Assembly: GCF_020745735.1 (NCBI RefSeq)
Contig: NW_026869102.1
Location: 56,367-120,366, forward strand
Source: Hemiscyllium ocellatum
Taxonomy: Eukaryota
Direction of reading: 5' to 3'
Length of the DNA stretch: 64,000 bases
The position numbers were made by a program, and so were the translations under genes. Under the pieces are notes generated by a model. It made no database searches and had not been told where the DNA came from. It worked only from the letters and a program-made list of their open reading frames with translations. Shown here piece by piece: positions 61,101 through 64,000 of this stretch. The number at the start of each line of letters is the position of its first letter. Position 1 is the first letter of the stretch.

Positions 61101-64000
61101 TATAGCAGATGGGACGTCCCGCTGGTCCGGTATAGTGGATGGGACGTCCTGCTGGTCTATTATAGCAGATGGGACGCCCCGCTGGTCCGGTATAGGGGAT
61201 GGGACGTCCTGCTGGTCTATTATAGCGGATGGGACGCCCCGCTGGTCGGGTATAGGGGATGGAACGTCCCGCTGGTCCGGTATAGGGGATGGGACGTCCC
61301 GCTGGTCGGGTATAGCAGATGGGACGTCCTGCTGGTCGGGTATAGGAGATGGGACGTCCCGCTGGTCTGGTATAGGAGATGGGACATCCCGCTGGTCGGG
61401 TATAGCAGGCGGGACGTCCCGCTGGTCCGGTATAGGGGATGGGACGCCCCGGTGGTCGGGTATAGCAGATGGGACGTCCTGCTGGTCGGGTGTAGGAGAT
61501 GGGACGTCCCGCTGGTCTGGTATAGGAGATGGGACATCCCGCTGGTCGGGTATAGCAGGCGGGACGTCCCGCTGGTCCGGTATAGGGGATGGGACGCCCT
61601 GGTGGTCGGGTATAGGAGATGGGAACCCCTACTGGTCGGGTATAGCAGATGGGACGTCCCGCTGGTCGGGTATAGCAGGCGGGACGTCCCGCTGGTCGGG
61701 TATAGGAGATGGAACGCCCCGCTGGTCGGGTATAGCAGGCGGGACGTCCCGCTGGTCGGGTATAGGGGATGGGACGTCCCGCTGGTCGGGTATAGGAGAT
61801 GGGACATCCCGCTGGTCGGGTATAGCAGGCGGGACGTCCCGCTGGTCCGGTATAGGGGATGGGACGCCCCGGTGGTCGGGTATAGGAGATGGGAACCCCT
61901 ACTGGTCGGGTATAGCAGATGGGACGTCCCGCTGGTCGGGTATAGCAGGCGGGACGTCCCGCTGGTCGGGTATAGCAGGCGGGACGTCCCGCTGGTCGGG
62001 TATAGGAGGTGGAACGCCCCGCTGGTCGGGTATAGCAGATGGGACGTCCCGCTGGTCGGGTATAGGGATGGGACGTCCTGCTGGTCGGGTATAGGGGATG
62101 GGACGTCCCGCTGGTCTATTATAGGAGATGGGACATCCCGCTGGTCGGGTATAGGGGATGGGACGTCCCGCTGGTCCGGTATAGGGGATGGGACGTCCTG
62201 CTGGTCGGGTATAAGAGATGGGACGTCCTGCTGGTCTATTATAGGAGATGGGACGTCCTGCTGGTCCGGTATAGGAGATGGAACGTCCCGCTGGTCGGGT
62301 ATAGGAGATGGGATGCCCCGCTGGTCGGGTATAGGAGATGGGACGTCCCGCTGGTCGGGTATAGGAGATGGGACGTCCCGCTGGTCCGGTATAGGGGATG
62401 GGACGTTCTGCTGGTCTATTATAGCAGATGGGAGGCCCCGCTGGTCGGGTATAGGGGATGGGACGCCCCGCTGGTCCGGTATAGGGGATGGGACGTCCCG
62501 CTGGTCCGGTATAGGGGATGGGACGTCCTGCTGGTCTATTATAGGAGATGGGACGTCCCGCTGGTCCGGTATAGGGGATGGGACGTCCTGCTGGTCTATT
62601 ATAGGAGATGGGACGTCCCGCTGGTCGGGTATAAGAGATGGGACGTCCTGCTGGTCTATTATAGGAGATGGGACGTCCCGCTGGTCCGGTATAGGAGATG
62701 GGACGTCCTGCTGGTCCGGTATAGGAGATGGGACGTCCCGCTGGTCCGGTATAGGAGATGGGATGCCCCGCTGGTCCGGTATAGGAGATGGGACGTCCCG
62801 CTGGTCCGGTATAGGGGATGGGACGTCCCGCTGGTCCGGTATAGGGGATGGGACGTCCCGCTGGTCCGGTATAGCAGGCGGGACGTCCCGCTGGTCCGGT
62901 ATAGCAGGCAGGACGTCCCGCTGGTCGGGTATAGGGGATGGGACGTCCCGCTGGTCGGGTATAGCAGATGGGACGTCCCGCTGGTCGGGTATAGCAGACG
63001 GGACGTCCCGCTGGTCGGGTATAAGAGATGGGACGTCCTGCTGGTCCGGTATAGGAGATGGGACGTCCTGCTGGTCCGGTATAGGGGATGGGACGTCCCG
63101 CTGGTCGGGTATAGTAGGCGGGACGTCCCGCTGGTCGGGTATAGCAGATGGGACGTCCCGCTGGTCGGGTATAGGAGATGGAACGCCCCGCTGGTCGGGT
63201 ATAGCAGATGGGACGTCCCGCTGGTCGGGTATAGCAGATGGGACGTCCCGCTGGTCTATTATAGTAGATGGGACGTCCTGCTGGTCGGGAAAAGGGGATG
63301 GGACGTCCCGCTGGTCGGGTATAGGGGATGGGACGTCCCGCTGGTCCGGTATAGGAGATGGGACGTACCGCTGGTCCGGTATAGGAGATGGGACGTCCCG
63401 CTGGTCTATTATAGCAGATGGGACGTCCCGCTGGTCCGGTATAGGGGATGGGACGTCCTGCTGGTCTATTATAGCAGATGGGACGTCCCGCTGGTCCGGT
63501 ATAGGGGATGGGACGTCCTGCTGGTCTATTATAGGGGATGGGACGTCCCGCTGGTCCGGTATAGGGGATGGGACGTCCCGCTGGTCGGGTATAGCAGACG
63601 GGACGTCCTGCTGGTCGGGTATAGCAGATGGGACGTCCCGCTGGTCTGGTATAGGAGATGGGACATCCCGCTGGTCGGGTATAGCAGGCGGGACGTCCCG
63701 CTGGTCCGGTATAGGGGATGGGACGCCCCGGTGGTCGGGTATAGGAGATGGGAACCCCTACTGGTCGGGTATAGCAGATGGGACGTCCCGCTGGTCGGGT
63801 ATAGCAGGCGGGACGTCCCGCTGGTCGGGTATAGGAGATGGAACGCCCCGCTGGTCGGGTATAGGGGATGGGACGTCCCGCTGGTCTATTATAGGAGATG
63901 GGACATCCCGCTGGTCGGGTATAGGAGATGGGACGTCCCGCTGGTCGGGTATAGGAGATGGGACGTCCTGCTGGTCCGGTATAGGAGATGGAACGTCCCG
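37190..64000. repeat. 30-bp tandem satellite, at least 26.8 kb and about 890 monomers, truncated by the window end. Consensus GGGACGTCCCGCTGGTCSGGTATAGGRGAT. Organised in multi-kb higher-order repeats.
   Basis: There is continuous 30-bp periodicity. Variants recur (…ctggtctattataggagat, …gggtatagcaggcg, …gggtataagagat, gggaacccctactgg…, …cgggaaaaggggat). Exact 1302-nt matches 45273-46574 and 47313-48614 define a 2040-bp (68-mer) higher-order repeat. Occasional 1-bp indels shift phase (about 37500, 44160, 44640, 49490, 62060). Confidence 0.97.

Noticed and set aside
37185-62094. Very long ORFs (up to 2,646 aa) on both strands across the satellite, for example 37185-43904, 48079-53562 and 54154-62094
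   Set aside because: They are a pure consequence of a 30-bp (3n) tandem unit lacking stop codons in several frames. They encode perfect decapeptide repeats (GDGTSRWSGI, RPAGRPIPYT, RRWDVPLVGY, DQRDVPSPIP), have no start context, and have no flanking gene structure.
37190-64000. A regular 30-bp direct-repeat array resembling a CRISPR locus
   Set aside because: There are no unique spacers between the repeats: the array is repeat after repeat. The flanking content is vertebrate (introns, LINEs, SINEs, KIF22), so this is a satellite, not CRISPR.
1-64000. A prokaryotic-style system (defence islands, operons, tRNA/rRNA genes)
   Set aside because: The sequence shows spliced exons with GT-AG introns, vertebrate retroelements and satellites. 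Nothing resembles bacterial gene organisation. The tRNA-like sequences are SINE heads, not tRNA genes.

Overview
This window is eukaryotic: a vertebrate genomic region, probably from a cartilaginous fish. The taxon call rests on the repeat content (L2/CR1-like LINE fragments, a tRNA-derived SINE family, and foldback hairpin repeats that I recognise as typical of shark genomes). No prokaryotic operons, CRISPR arrays or defence systems are present. The many ORFs on the six-frame track longer than 1,000 aa are artefacts of tandem repeats whose unit length is a multiple of 3.

Main content:
- **Penelope-like retroelement (150-900, + strand).** A degenerate reverse-transcriptase fragment.
- **Mosaic pseudo-copy of the KIF22/satellite locus (1420-2770).** It carries an exon-2 copy, an exon-4 copy, the left flank of the large satellite, and exactly one satellite monomer.
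- **Candidate promoter (3650-4335).** A CCAAT-box-rich CpG island enclosed by about 125-bp inverted repeats.
- **LINE debris and SINEs (4300-11900).** Inverted L2-like LINE fragments, one copy carrying a tandem triplication of a 573-bp internal segment, together with SINEs.
- **KIF22 orthologue (+ strand).** This is the chromokinesin Kid. Thirteen exons are identifiable, from the ATG at 9863 to an exon ending at 29977, plus a candidate terminal micro-exon at 31756. Motor-domain motifs and the C-terminal region align with human KIF22. Exon 2 carries an apparent 1-nt frameshift. The introns are full of LINE and SINE fragments, plus a 43-bp minisatellite of about 50 copies that arose from an internal SINE segment.
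- **45/48-bp minisatellite (34400-36060),** followed by a GC-rich CpG-island-like segment (36060-37190).
- **30-bp tandem satellite (37190 to at least 64000).** This is the dominant feature: more than 26.8 kb, about 890 monomers, and it runs off the end of the window. Each monomer contains the perfect 10-bp palindrome GGGACGTCCC and 3-4 CpGs. The array is organised into multi-kb higher-order repeats.
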